Source: an uncultured Candidatus Woesearchaeota archaeon (GTDB lineage: Archaea > Nanobdellota > Nanobdellia > Woesearchaeales > GW2011-AR9). Taken from it: a DNA stretch of 59,611 nucleotides. The stretch is taken from the NCBI GenBank assembly GCA_902529885.1, contig CABZYC010000002.1, positions 1-59,611 on the forward strand, in the 5' to 3' direction. Positions 1 through 9,445 of this stretch are shown in pieces. The notes under the pieces were generated by a model. It was not told the DNA's origin and made no database searches. It saw only the letters and a list, made by a program, of their open reading frames with translations. Position 1 is the first letter of the stretch; each line of letters begins with the position of its first letter. Position numbers and translations under genes: made by a program.

Positions 1-642
1 TTCTTCAAGATCAGTTACTTCCTCTACTTGAATTGGAGCCGATTCTAAATTAATTAATTCCACATGATCAGGTAAATCTAATCCAGGCGGCATAATTCTT
101 ACTTGAATCCCAATGGTCCCTGTCTTTAGATGTGCTGAAGTGTAAGCAGTACGTACGCCCTCTACACTTATGTCACCACTTTTCTTAAGGTACCCACGAT
201 AAAATCGCCAACGTCTTGCACGAGCACCAGGAATCTTCCCACTCAACAAAATCTCTGCACCTAATGCCCCAGCTTGCAAAGTAAATTGAAGAGTACGGTA
301 CCCAGTACCCTTAAATCGTGCTGAACCAAATCGCTCAAGACTAGACTTAATACGATCTGCAACAATATGTGCATCTAACATTGGGTCTTTAACTTCTTCA
401 ATCTCAATCTGAGGATTGTCAAGGTTAAATAATTTCTTTAATTCTGATGTTAAAGCACGGATAGTAGTACCTTTACTTCCAACCACAATACTTGGTCTTC
501 CAGCACGAATGAAAACTTTTTCACCCAAAGGAATTTTACGTAATTGTATACTAGATATCTGTGCACCACGAAGACGACCCTCAATATAATTCTGGATCAA
601 TAATTCTCTTGCCTTATGCTCAATTATAGATCGTTCAATCAT
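1..642 (-). CDS. rps3: 30S ribosomal protein S3 (uS3), C-terminal end runs off the window
   Basis: Not in the ORF track because no stop lies in the window. Hand translation from ATG 642-640 gives MIERSIIEHKARELLIQNYIEG...GRPSIVVGSKGTTIRALT (KH-type fold)...GARARRWRFYRGYLKKSG. The frame stays open to nt 1. Its start overlaps the L22 stop, and it holds the expected position after L22. Confidence 0.85.
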   Translation of the reverse strand, partial: MIERSIIEHKARELLIQNYIEGRLRGAQISSIQLRKIPLGEKVFIRAGRPSIVVGSKGTTIRALTSELKKLFNLDNPQIEIEEVKDPMLDAHIVADRIKSSLERFGSARFKGTGYRTLQFTLQAGALGAEILLSGKIPGARARRWRFYRGYLKKSGDISVEGVRTAYTSAHLKTGTIGIQVRIMPPGLDLPDHVELINLESAPIQVEEVTDLEE

Positions 643-1052
643 TGTTTGTCTCCTGCGCGTTCAGTTAATTCAATTTGAATATGTGCACGTTTAGCCATAC
701 CTCTCACTCTTCCACCAGATGGGCGTCGAGGGGCACGGTTCGCTAAGATAGAAGTTATTTGTAGCTGTTCTACGTTTAAACCGTTATCCTCAGCATTAGA
801 CTCTGCACTTTTAATCAAGTTTAAGAAAAAACCCGCTGCTTTTTGGGGGTATCGACCAGAAGCAATACCCGGCCTGTGACCCATATCACAGTTAAAAGTT
901 TTGAAAGGGATCGCATGTTTTAACTTCATTGTTTCTTCCAATACTTTCTTTGCCTTGACCGTATTCATCTTGTTCAGATATTTAGCAATCTCAATACACT
1001 GTTTAGCTGAAACAGGAATGTTACGAATTTGAGCAGTTACTGAATGACTCAT
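639..1052 (-). CDS. rpl22: 50S ribosomal protein L22 (uL22)
   Basis: 137-aa ORF. Position between S19 and S3 fits the operon order. Basic C-terminal region RAPRRPSGGRVRGMAKRAHIQIEL is typical of archaeal L22. It has 4-nt overlaps with both neighbours. Confidence 0.9.
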   Translation of the reverse strand: MSHSVTAQIRNIPVSAKQCIEIAKYLNKMNTVKAKKVLEETMKLKHAIPFKTFNCDMGHRPGIASGRYPQKAAGFFLNLIKSAESNAEDNGLNVEQLQITSILANRAPRRPSGGRVRGMAKRAHIQIELTERAGDKQ

Positions 1053-1420
1053 TTACGCACCGTCCCACCTTTTTTACTACTACTCCCTGTCGGGTGTACT
1101 GCAGCCTTACGAGTTAATGCAAATTCTCCAATGCAATGACCTAACATCTCAAGTGTTACAGTCACATCTTCAAACTTTTTACCTGTATAAACAGCGATAG
1201 TTTTACCTAATAAAGCTGGCGTTAACACTAATGTTCGACAATGTGTTTTAATGTTAGACTCGCCGGCTTCAACCTTCTTAAGCAATTTTTTCTCCGCTTC
1301 AGTATGCCCACGTTTCATTGATCGTCGTTGACGAGCAGGGATACGAGACACAAAATCGTCTGAACTTAGACCTTTCACTTCTTCTTCGGTCATACCTTGC
1401 CAAAATACTTCTTTAACCAT
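1049..1420 (-). CDS. rps19: 30S ribosomal protein S19 (uS19)
   Basis: 123-aa ORF with the uS19 core ...TLVLTPALLGKTIAVYTGKKFEDVTV..MLGHCIGEFALTRK. It sits in the operon slot between L2 and L22. Confidence 0.9.
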   Translation of the reverse strand: MVKEVFWQGMTEEEVKGLSSDDFVSRIPARQRRSMKRGHTEAEKKLLKKVEAGESNIKTHCRTLVLTPALLGKTIAVYTGKKFEDVTVTLEMLGHCIGEFALTRKAAVHPTGSSSKKGGTVRK

Positions 1421-2109
1421 TATCGTTTTCTCCCTGTTCTCTTAGGTGCAATCTTACCAACTTTACGTCCTGGAGGTGCGTTACGAGGTGCCTGGGTAGG
1501 TCGCCCTTTTACGTGACTACAACTTCCACCGAAAGGGTGATCAACTGCATTCATACTAATACCACATACACGAGGGTATAGTTTGTTACGTGCTTTCATA
1601 CGATGGAACCGGTTACCTGCTTTCATGAATGGTTTCTCAGTTCTACCATTACCTGCAACTACACCAATAGCTGCACGGCAGTCAGCCAAAAATGTTTTTT
1701 CAACTCGACTAGGTAATTTTACACGCACAATGTTGCCATTTTTACTAACTACTCGTGCAAAAGCACCACTTGAACGAACGAATTTACCTCCGTCCCCCGG
1801 GCGTGCTTCAATATTATAAACTAATGTACCTTCTGCAAGGTCACCTAACCTTTTAACTGAACCAGAAACACCGTCAGAAAGATTGTCCCCAATAGCTACA
1901 CCTTTCGGTGCAATTTGTAAAGCAATTTCGCCAGATTCACAAGATACTGCCATTAATGGAGCACTGTGACCCGCACAATGTAAAATATCCATTACGGTTG
2001 AATCACCTTCACTTAAAGGGTGCTTTGCCGGACCAATAAATCTATGGCCTGGACTTTTATACGTACCAGTACCACGGCCCCTTCTTTGTTGTATTAATCT
2101 TTTACCCAT
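1420..2109 (-). CDS. rpl2: 50S ribosomal protein L2 (uL2)
   Basis: 229-aa ORF with uL2 hallmarks: GRGTGTYKSPGHR, RVCGISMNAVDHPFGGS and a basic C-terminus. Confidence 0.95.
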   Translation of the reverse strand: MGKRLIQQRRGRGTGTYKSPGHRFIGPAKHPLSEGDSTVMDILHCAGHSAPLMAVSCESGEIALQIAPKGVAIGDNLSDGVSGSVKRLGDLAEGTLVYNIEARPGDGGKFVRSSGAFARVVSKNGNIVRVKLPSRVEKTFLADCRAAIGVVAGNGRTEKPFMKAGNRFHRMKARNKLYPRVCGISMNAVDHPFGGSCSHVKGRPTQAPRNAPPGRKVGKIAPKRTGRKR

Positions 2110-2110
2110 T

Positions 2111-2392
2111 TTATATGAATCCTAACTCCGCTGAGACATCACTCGCACTATGTTCACTAGTTAAACGAACCATTGCTTTCTTTATACCACCCGTAATATT
2201 TACACGGACACCTTTCACCTTCACATTGAATGCACTTTCGACTGCAGACCGTATATCAGATTTTTTTGCTTCACGATGAACTTCAAAAGTTAATGTGTTA
2301 GCATACTCAATTGCACGAATTGCTTTCTCAGTACTCAATGGCGCTTTCAATATTGCATAAGGATTTTCCATTTTAACAGTATAACCCCTCAT
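2111..2392 (-). CDS. rpl23: 50S ribosomal protein L23 (uL23); likely true start at 2371 (MENPYAILKAPLSTEKA)
   Basis: Carries the LSTEKA motif and lies between L4 and L2. The internal ATG at 2371 removes the overlap with the L4 end. Confidence 0.9.
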   Translation of the reverse strand: MRGYTVKMENPYAILKAPLSTEKAIRAIEYANTLTFEVHREAKKSDIRSAVESAFNVKVKGVRVNITGGIKKAMVRLTSEHSASDVSAELGFI

Positions 2393-3179
2393 TTTTTAAG
2401 ATCTCAATAGATGCGTCAGTAAACAATGTCGCACGACCAGCGTCAGCACCAGGTGCTAACACTTCAGCGTTAAGTGAACGAACGTTCACAACGTCAACAC
2501 CGCGAAGGTTTGACGCGCTTTGTGCTAGTTTACAATTATCAGATACAACTAATAATACACTCTTCTTAGTTCGGTATCTCCGACCACGCATTTTACCTTT
2601 ACCTGCCCTTATTTTACGCTCAGAAGCACGGTTAAGCTCAGCTTCAAAACCAAGTTTGTTAAACATTGCTTGAACATCTTTGGTTTTCTCAAGATTTTGT
2701 ACAGAACTTGCTAATACAAAAGGATAAGATTCTGGAACAATATGGCCACGATCACCAACTAATTCAGGTTGCATTACAACACTCATTGCACTACGGATCG
2801 CTAACCTATTCTCTTTCTTATTGATCTTTTTAGCCCATTTCTTTTCAGTTAAAGGAGCATGAGCCCGGCGACCACCACGAGTCTGTGCAGTCTGTGCACC
2901 TACCCAAAAAAAACGGCGACCACGACGAGTCATAATCTTCCTATTAACACGACTAATACCAAAACCGTAACAACCACGGTATTTTCGTCTACGTTTTGAT
3001 AATTCACTACTGTGCCTCATTCCTGCGTCAGGCGATGTACCGTAAGCTTGACGTGCACGGCTCTGTAAACTGTGTACTGCGCGACCAATCAAGTTCGGAT
3101 GATATGCTTCAGTAAACTGTTGTGTTAACTCAATATCACCAACATTTTCAGCTTTTTCATTTAATACTGCTAATTTCAT
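2373..3179 (-). CDS. rpl4: 50S ribosomal protein L4 (uL4, L1e type)
   Basis: 268-aa ORF in the operon slot between L3 and L23. Basic loops (RGGRRAHAP, KGKMRGRRYR) are typical of archaeal L4. Confidence 0.9.
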   Translation of the reverse strand: MKLAVLNEKAENVGDIELTQQFTEAYHPNLIGRAVHSLQSRARQAYGTSPDAGMRHSSELSKRRRKYRGCYGFGISRVNRKIMTRRGRRFFWVGAQTAQTRGGRRAHAPLTEKKWAKKINKKENRLAIRSAMSVVMQPELVGDRGHIVPESYPFVLASSVQNLEKTKDVQAMFNKLGFEAELNRASERKIRAGKGKMRGRRYRTKKSVLLVVSDNCKLAQSASNLRGVDVVNVRSLNAEVLAPGADAGRATLFTDASIEILKNEGLYC

Positions 3180-4132
3180 TGTGTGGATAGCCTCACTACA
3201 TTATATTCTGCAGACGGACGTTTTGCACGAATTGCAGGGGTTATTACTACAGACCTGTTAGCAGGACCGGCAACTGAACCTTTTAATAATACATATGGGT
3301 TTTTTACAAGACCGTAATGACGAAAACCAGATTTTGGATTTACAGATTCAAGATCTGTGCTTACATCAACTACTTGTTTGTTATACTCAGTCCTTAGATG
3401 ATACCCCATCTTACCTGGCTGAGCAACACGATAATCTACTCTTTTTGGAGTCCATGCACCAAGGTTACCCCTGTGCCTTTGACCTTTTTCCGATTTGTGT
3501 GAACGTAAAGCAACACCATTACGTTTAATCACGCCCTGGAAACCTTTTCCCTTAGTTACTGCGTGCACGTCAACTTGTTGACCTGGTTTAAAAATATCCG
3601 ATACACTCAAATCCTTGCCTAACTGACTTAGAGCAAAATCTCTTTGTTCTGAAGAAGAACCAATCAAAGGTAATTCCATTACATTAGGTGATTTTTTACC
3701 AATAGTGGTCTTGAAAGGTGAGCTCATAACTAATAAACGGTAAAAACTACCTTCAGGTAACGTACTTGAATCAACTGTTTTTTTAGGAACAGATAATGTC
3801 CGTGATAAGTACCGTTTATTCTCTTTGCTAATATCACTTGCAAAAACAAAACCGTTTTTTGTAATACCATACCCCTGTTCAATATAAGATGAAACGCCAA
3901 TTACTGTCATTGGAGGACATTCTAACACCGTACACGGTACCGATATCTTTTCACCTTTTGTCATTGATTTAGGACTATTGTCTAACACCATCGCGTGAAG
4001 CATTCCCGCTTTAAAGGTCAGAGCACCGGCTACTTGTTGTGAACCGGACCAAGACCTAACTCGAATTTGCTTCGCACGTTTTCGTGGCCAAAATTGCATA
4101 CTACCACGTCGTGGACTTCTTGCTTTTCCCAT
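3176..4132 (-). CDS. rpl3: 50S ribosomal protein L3 (uL3)
   Basis: 318-aa ORF. N-terminus PRRGSMQFWPRKRA and the motif VTKGKGFQG are typical of archaeal L3. It is the first gene of the operon. Confidence 0.95.
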   Translation of the reverse strand: MGKARSPRRGSMQFWPRKRAKQIRVRSWSGSQQVAGALTFKAGMLHAMVLDNSPKSMTKGEKISVPCTVLECPPMTVIGVSSYIEQGYGITKNGFVFASDISKENKRYLSRTLSVPKKTVDSSTLPEGSFYRLLVMSSPFKTTIGKKSPNVMELPLIGSSSEQRDFALSQLGKDLSVSDIFKPGQQVDVHAVTKGKGFQGVIKRNGVALRSHKSEKGQRHRGNLGAWTPKRVDYRVAQPGKMGYHLRTEYNKQVVDVSTDLESVNPKSGFRHYGLVKNPYVLLKGSVAGPANRSVVITPAIRAKRPSAEYNVVRLSTQ

Positions 4133-4295
4133 TGTATTATTATGACGATTACAGTTGCCTATTGCTGGAACCGATCAGAGAATATCTAAGATCTGTGTCC
4201 TTTGCAGGCCACCATAACAGTGTATTCATTTGATGAGTGTACACTGTTTGGTCGTCTATACCCTCGTTGGGCATTAGATCTATTTATAAAAGTTT

Positions 4296-4499
4296 CTATT
4301 CGTAAACACGTGGTTGCTTACTTTGTACTGATTTTGAGTAGTAATCCATAGGGTTAAATTCCTGTTCAGGGATAGATATTTCTTTCCCACAACTACAATC
4401 AAACACTAAATAACGGTGTCCTTCTTCCACATGCCAACAAGCAGAATCAAGATTTAATAATGAACTACAATAATTACAAGATGTAGACATATGACACAT
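4296..4499 (-). CDS. small Cys-rich (zinc-ribbon-like) hypothetical protein
   Basis: 67-aa ORF with paired Cys motifs CNYC ... CSCG. No family recognised. Confidence 0.4.
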   Translation of the reverse strand: MCHMSTSCNYCSSLLNLDSACWHVEEGHRYLVFDCSCGKEISIPEQEFNPMDYYSKSVQSKQPRVYE

Positions 4500-4511
4500 T
4501 AAGGTACAATG

Positions 4512-4521
4512 TTTTATATAT
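4512..4521 (+). promoter_or_regulatory. TATA box upstream of nop5
   Basis: TTTTATATAT lies 22-31 nt before ATG 4543, the spacing expected for a leaderless or short-leader mRNA. Confidence 0.5.
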
Positions 4522-4542
4522 TTATTGAAGAATTAATCAAAA

Positions 4543-5316
4543 ATGAGTTTTGAATCCTTATTCAGTGCGTATGAAGAACAAGATGCACGAACAGTATTAC
4601 GTGACCCTTCCTTCTTTGAAGAATTAAGAACATACCATTTCAATTTAACTGCAAAAAAATTGCAGCATTCATCATCAACAGACCACACAATCAACAATAT
4701 TATTAATACTATCTCGGATTTAGACAAAACAATTAACACTTTAGCAAAACGAGTAAGAACATGGGCATACCCATGGTTCCCAGACATTTGTTTCAAAGTG
4801 CACGACATAAAAGACTTTTGTGAAGCGATCAAAGAAGGAAAAATAGAACACACAATTGCTGCAGAAGCAAGCGAGATTGATTTTAAACATTTACAAAAGC
4901 TTAATGCCCAAGTTATGATTAACATCCAACAAAGAGAAGAACTGTTAAGTCAGCTTGAAATTATTATGCAAGACTATTGCCCACAATTACAAGCATTATT
5001 AGGTACAAGTATCACCGCACAACTTTTTGAACATGCAAAAACACTGAAAAAATTAGCAGTCTTGCCCTCTTCCACAGTACAATTATTAGGAGCTGAAAAA
5101 GCCCTATTCAGACACCTTAAAACGGGATCAAGTAGCCCAAAATATGGAGTGTTATACTTACACCCTTTCATTCAAAGGTCAAGACGTAACGTGCGCGGGA
5201 AAGCAGCGCGCAGGTTAGCAAATAAAGCTAGTTTGGCTGCAAAAATTGATTTTTTTAGTGAAGGTAAAACCGAACTTAAACTCAGAGAAGAATTAGAACA
5301 AAAATTGTTCAATTAA
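4543..5316 (+). CDS. nop5: Nop56/58 (Nop5) C/D-box sRNP core protein, short form lacking the usual N-terminal domain
   Basis: Nop-domain signatures: RVRTWAYPWFPDI (compare the WY..FPEL motif), LLGAEKALFRHLKTGSSSPKYGVLYLHPFI and RGKAARRLANKASLAAKIDFF. A TATA-like element lies at 4512-4521. Confidence 0.75.
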   Translation: MSFESLFSAYEEQDARTVLRDPSFFEELRTYHFNLTAKKLQHSSSTDHTINNIINTISDLDKTINTLAKRVRTWAYPWFPDICFKVHDIKDFCEAIKEGKIEHTIAAEASEIDFKHLQKLNAQVMINIQQREELLSQLEIIMQDYCPQLQALLGTSITAQLFEHAKTLKKLAVLPSSTVQLLGAEKALFRHLKTGSSSPKYGVLYLHPFIQRSRRNVRGKAARRLANKASLAAKIDFFSEGKTELKLREELEQKLFN

Positions 5317-5401
5317 AATATTTTATGATCGCTCATCAGTTACATCCGTCGGCTATATGGAAGCCCTGGTGTTCACATAATCATTGCGAATAACACACAC
5401 C

Positions 5402-6544
5402 TTAACCAAACATTGGTTCAATCTCTTCAATGTTACGGCGGCCAACCTTTTCCAAAGCAGCAACGAAATCAGTGTGCGCCACATAATTCCGCTCATCACG
5501 AATTGCACCATAACCTGCTTCAGTGCACAATGCTTTTAGTTCTGCACCACTAAACCCGTCAGTTGCAGCCGCCAATTTAGATATGTTAACACGTTTGGTT
5601 TTCATACCCTTAGTGTGAACCGCCAATATATCGTTCCGTGCAACGATATCAGGTAAACCTACTTCTATAAGCCGATCTAATCTTCCCGGACGAATAATTG
5701 CTGGATCAAGAATGTCTAGCCTGTTTGTTGCAGCAATAATCTTTACATTATCTAACGATTTAAAACCGTCAAGCTCAGCTAACAACTGCATAAAAGTACG
5801 AGATACTTCTCGTTCACCACTCGTTCCTGTTTCTAACCTTGTTGCAGCCAACGCATCAATCTCATCAATAAAAACTATGCTTGGTGCTTTAGCACGAGCC
5901 ATTGCAAAAAGTTCTTTTACAAGTTTACTACCTTCACCAATAAACTTTTGCACTAGTTCGCTACCTACAATCTCAATAAAAGTTGAATCTGTACTTGTTG
6001 CCGCTGCTTTGGCCAACAAAGTTTTACCTGTCCCAGGCGGACCATGTAATAATACGCCTTTAGGAGGGTGAATCCCAACTTGTTCAAAAAGGTGAGGATG
6101 TTTCAAAGGTAGTTCAATCACTTCTTTAACTTGTTCAATTGCTTCTGAAAGCCCGCCAATCTGTTTCCAAGTAGTATCAGGCTTCTGCATAATTACAAAA
6201 CGTTCAACGTCACGGTTTGAGAAAGTTTCAATACGCTCCACAACATTCAAACTTTTTTGATCAACCAGAACATGATCACCTGCACGGACACCAAGACCCT
6301 CCGTGATATAACTGTAAAATTGGTTGCCATTAGTCAATTTAATTACAGCTTTATCATCAAATATCTGCATGATTTCTGCCACTAAAAGTGCAGGGCGTTT
6401 AATATTCTCAAGTTCACCATGCGTTTTGTTAAATAGTGCGCGAAGTATACTTGTTTCATCTTCCATCCGGTTCAAAGACAAGTTTAATTGCTTGTTTTGT
6501 TCTAACATACGTTCATACTCATCACGACTTACATGATTTTCCAT
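5402..6544 (-). CDS. pan: proteasome-activating nucleotidase (AAA+ ATPase, Rpt/PAN family)
   Basis: N-terminal coiled coil, an OB region, Walker A GPPGTGKT, Walker B FIDEIDA, and the second region of homology. Confidence 0.9.
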   Translation of the reverse strand: MENHVSRDEYERMLEQNKQLNLSLNRMEDETSILRALFNKTHGELENIKRPALLVAEIMQIFDDKAVIKLTNGNQFYSYITEGLGVRAGDHVLVDQKSLNVVERIETFSNRDVERFVIMQKPDTTWKQIGGLSEAIEQVKEVIELPLKHPHLFEQVGIHPPKGVLLHGPPGTGKTLLAKAAATSTDSTFIEIVGSELVQKFIGEGSKLVKELFAMARAKAPSIVFIDEIDALAATRLETGTSGEREVSRTFMQLLAELDGFKSLDNVKIIAATNRLDILDPAIIRPGRLDRLIEVGLPDIVARNDILAVHTKGMKTKRVNISKLAAATDGFSGAELKALCTEAGYGAIRDERNYVAHTDFVAALEKVGRRNIEEIEPMFG

Positions 6545-6578
6545 ACATAAACATAGTCTATCCCCTTTAAAAAGTTTA

Positions 6579-6773
6579 TTAGAAGATACTGATTATCTTA
6601 CTTGCAAAATAAGGTAGAATCTCTTTCACAGGCACACCAAATATTAGGCTTAATACTAATAAAAAGATGATTATATACAAAATTATTTTTGTAGCTTTTC
6701 CAAGTACACGTAATAAAAAACTTCCAAATATGATTATTGCCAAAATTAAAATTAATGTGTTCAATTCAATCAT
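6579..6773 (-). CDS. small two-TM membrane protein
   Basis: 64-aa hydrophobic ORF with a 4-nt overlap with the upstream MscS gene. Confidence 0.45.
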   Translation of the reverse strand: MIELNTLILILAIIIFGSFLLRVLGKATKIILYIIIFLLVLSLIFGVPVKEILPYFASKIISIF

Positions 6774-7822
6774 TTTTTTAGTTCCACAGTAGTTGTAGGG
6801 AATGGAATACTAATACCTTCCTTATTTAACCGTTTATGAACTATATCAATTATTTTAAGCTTTGTTTCATAACGATCTTTCCAACTTCTAACCCACACAT
6901 AAGCCTTAAAGTCTAGTGAAAAATCACCCATGTTCACAAAATTCACTGTATGCTCTTTAACATCAGAAGGTATCTTCTTAAGCTCGTTCAATATTACTTT
7001 CTTTACAAAGTCAGTGTCGGTACCATAAGCAACAGTAAAAGGCACAGTGATCCTGCACTTCCCCGAAGGCTGAGTATAATTCAACACTTTACTCTCAGCC
7101 AGATAAGAGTTTGGAATTGTTACAATATCGTTATCCCACGTACGAAGTTTTGTACTTCTAAGCCCAACATCAGCAATAATACCGGTCCTACCATCTTCAA
7201 GTTCGACCATGTCACCTATCTTGTATGCACGATCAAGAATCAAACTGACGCCGCCCAAAATATTTTTTAAACTATCTTGTAAAGCCAGCCCTAAAACTAA
7301 ACCAGATATACCCACACCCGCTAAATAAGGTGAAACGTCAACACCCCATATACTTAATAACCACATTAAGCCGATTAGTATAAAGATCAATTTTACAAAT
7401 TTTTTGAAAACAGGAAGTAAAACTTCATCAATTTGAGTTTTTGAACGATAACTAAACGTTCTTGCCCAAGCAACAAGAAGAACCTCTGTTGTTCTGCTTA
7501 AAACTAAAACAAGCACTAAAGCCATAATACTACTCACACCTTGTTCTATAAAACCACTTACTTGTAAGTTATATAAGGATAATTTTAGTCCTTGAGCCAA
7601 AATCAAATAAAAAAAAGGCCGTTTTATTTTTTCTAAAATTATGTCATCAAGATCAGTTTTAGTTCGTTTAGCAATTGATTCAAGATAATTCTTGAAAATA
7701 AATGTTAATAACCATGCCAATAACAAAGTAACCAAAAATATCATTCCACTAGTAAAATAAGATAAAGGATCTTGATTAAACAAAGGAATAGCCATTACTT
7801 CGTTAATAACAGTTATATTCAT
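6770..7822 (-). CDS. mechanosensitive ion channel, MscS family
   Basis: N-terminal TM helices followed by the MscS beta-domain signature YKIGDMVELEDGRTGIIADVGLRSTKLRTWDNDIVTIPNS. Confidence 0.85.
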   Translation of the reverse strand: MNITVINEVMAIPLFNQDPLSYFTSGMIFLVTLLLAWLLTFIFKNYLESIAKRTKTDLDDIILEKIKRPFFYLILAQGLKLSLYNLQVSGFIEQGVSSIMALVLVLVLSRTTEVLLVAWARTFSYRSKTQIDEVLLPVFKKFVKLIFILIGLMWLLSIWGVDVSPYLAGVGISGLVLGLALQDSLKNILGGVSLILDRAYKIGDMVELEDGRTGIIADVGLRSTKLRTWDNDIVTIPNSYLAESKVLNYTQPSGKCRITVPFTVAYGTDTDFVKKVILNELKKIPSDVKEHTVNFVNMGDFSLDFKAYVWVRSWKDRYETKLKIIDIVHKRLNKEGISIPFPTTTVELKK

Positions 7823-7853
7823 ACAACCTATATTAAATTATATGTATATAAAA

Positions 7854-8954
7854 TTACTGTATTGGAAACCGAAGGATAGCGGCAATGCCACCCAAATTTT
7901 GTAACTGTACTCCTTCTCGTGTTTCTGTGCTTATTAAACGTAATGTTGAACCGCCCGCTATCACTTTTTCTTCTAGGTCAAGTACAATATCTTCATCAAT
8001 TGATTCACTTACTAACAAAATTTTAATTGCACTCATCTCAAGTGCACGGTTCACTTCATCCATACCATAAATAGCCTTACTTGGATCATCACGAAATTGT
8101 TGGAAAAAATCCTGTACTGCATTCTTTTCAATAGCAATCTCTTCATTATGTAATAAATCTTCAGAACGGTCCAGTAGTTCTTGTAAACCAAACATGTCAG
8201 TATAACTCAAGTCTTTGTGCCCAATTATTTTTCGTTTAAGATCACCTGTAATATAGTCTTTATTCAAAAAATCATTAACTGTAACTCCTGGGCCCCCAAT
8301 GATTATACCTTTAAGATTATTACCCAAAGGTAAAAATTGCTCTTTCATATATTCTGAAACTTTCTTAAAATGGTCACGATAAGCACCTTCACGTAATCTT
8401 GCAAAACGTTGTGCACTTTGACCACCTGCTTTAAACTTCCCTGGAACCTCACTGTGTGTTCTTTGTAACGTGATAATGGCCTTATTTTTTAATAGTGCTA
8501 ATATTGCATCACGCCGGTCAAGAACTACAAGGCCATATTGTGTCTCATCAACAAGATAGTTAGTTAATGCGTCAAGCATAAAATTTTTGTCGCAGCGGTA
8601 CACACGCTGATTCAAAGGAGAAGTTGGTATAAAATACCATAAACGCAAATCTTGTTTACCTTCATGACTTGCAACATTACCTGCAAAAACCATTAGGCCG
8701 TTTTTTGGTGTTGACTTATATGTCTTCAAATGCACAATGATTTTTTCTAATGCAGACTCAACATTTTTTCTTGTGGACGCACTTTTAATGTTTGTAGCAG
8801 TACCTTTCTCATCGTTCAAATGACTTATAATCTTGTCTAAGTTATAGCCTGAAGGTATGTATACTGTAACAAACTCAGTGTGAAGTGCCCGGTAAGATGA
8901 TAATTCCTTAATCAGTTTTTTAAGGTGAACTTTTTCTATACCTTTAATAGCCAT
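7854..8954 (-). CDS. prf1: peptide chain release factor aRF1
   Basis: Contains NIKS (TNIKSAS), YxCxxxF (YRCDKNF) and GGQ (AGGQSAQRF) motifs. Confidence 0.92.
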   Translation of the reverse strand: MAIKGIEKVHLKKLIKELSSYRALHTEFVTVYIPSGYNLDKIISHLNDEKGTATNIKSASTRKNVESALEKIIVHLKTYKSTPKNGLMVFAGNVASHEGKQDLRLWYFIPTSPLNQRVYRCDKNFMLDALTNYLVDETQYGLVVLDRRDAILALLKNKAIITLQRTHSEVPGKFKAGGQSAQRFARLREGAYRDHFKKVSEYMKEQFLPLGNNLKGIIIGGPGVTVNDFLNKDYITGDLKRKIIGHKDLSYTDMFGLQELLDRSEDLLHNEEIAIEKNAVQDFFQQFRDDPSKAIYGMDEVNRALEMSAIKILLVSESIDEDIVLDLEEKVIAGGSTLRLISTETREGVQLQNLGGIAAILRFPIQ

Positions 8955-8977
8955 AGATACTATACGAAGAGAGTTGT

Positions 8978-9445
8978 TTAAAAATCTTTATACATTTTAT
9001 GTTGAGCTATAGATTCAATATAAGTTAAAACTTCAAAAAAAACTTGTTCAATAGACTTATTTTGAGTTTCAATCTCAATACGATTTAAACAGGAAATCTC
9101 ATCACTAATTACCTCAAAAATTTCTGAATCAACATTAGATTGGATTTTATTAGACACATATCCCCTTAATTTCAACCGTTTTCTTAATTCACCATAATCA
9201 GATAATTTTAAGTGTATCACATAATCACAATCTATAAGATGAGATGTGTGACTTTCAAAAATGACATAGTCGGGCATATTCTTCTCAACACAACACATGT
9301 CTAATTGTAATGGATTGCCCCCTAACCCGCAATTCTCAAAAAAATCTTTATCACTCTTTACCTTGTACCCTTCTTTTTGAAGACGTTTCGCGACGCTTGA
9401 TTTTCCTACCCCTGGAACCCCGGTCAACGCGATTATGTGCACCAT
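8978..9445 (-). CDS. AK6/Fap7-like nucleoside/adenylate kinase
   Basis: P-loop at the extreme N-terminus (IALTGVPGVGKSS), 155 aa, and LRKRLKLRGY..KIQSNVDSEI resembling the AK6 family. Confidence 0.65.
   Translation of the reverse strand: MVHIIALTGVPGVGKSSVAKRLQKEGYKVKSDKDFFENCGLGGNPLQLDMCCVEKNMPDYVIFESHTSHLIDCDYVIHLKLSDYGELRKRLKLRGYVSNKIQSNVDSEIFEVISDEISCLNRIEIETQNKSIEQVFFEVLTYIESIAQHKMYKDF

Noticed and set aside
1583-1819. Antisense ORFs inside well-supported genes. Examples are 1583-1819, 3295-3528, 5712-6071, 6324-6536, 6950-7270, 9685-10593, 13213-14322, 35456-36175, 37403-37822 and 44254-44785. Many more lie within the giant gene (for example 53093-53410 and 55629-55838).
   Set aside because: Each lies wholly within a longer ORF on the other strand that has strong family motifs or operon context. 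Their translations are low-complexity or stop-poor shadows typical of AT-rich coding DNA, with no motifs.
4533-4925. 130-aa ORF antisense to nop5.
   Set aside because: It is fully inside the nop5 coding region, which has clear Nop-domain motifs. Its product is hydrophobic, low-complexity sequence.
5317-5401. Possible C/D box sRNA next to nop5 (CUGAUGA on the minus strand). Similar UGAUGA strings occur at about 4233 and 18291.
   Set aside because: No complete C - D' - C' - D arrangement with about 12-nt guide spacing could be found. Isolated UGAUGA strings are expected by chance in AT-rich DNA, and the one at 18291 lies within a coherent micro-ORF.
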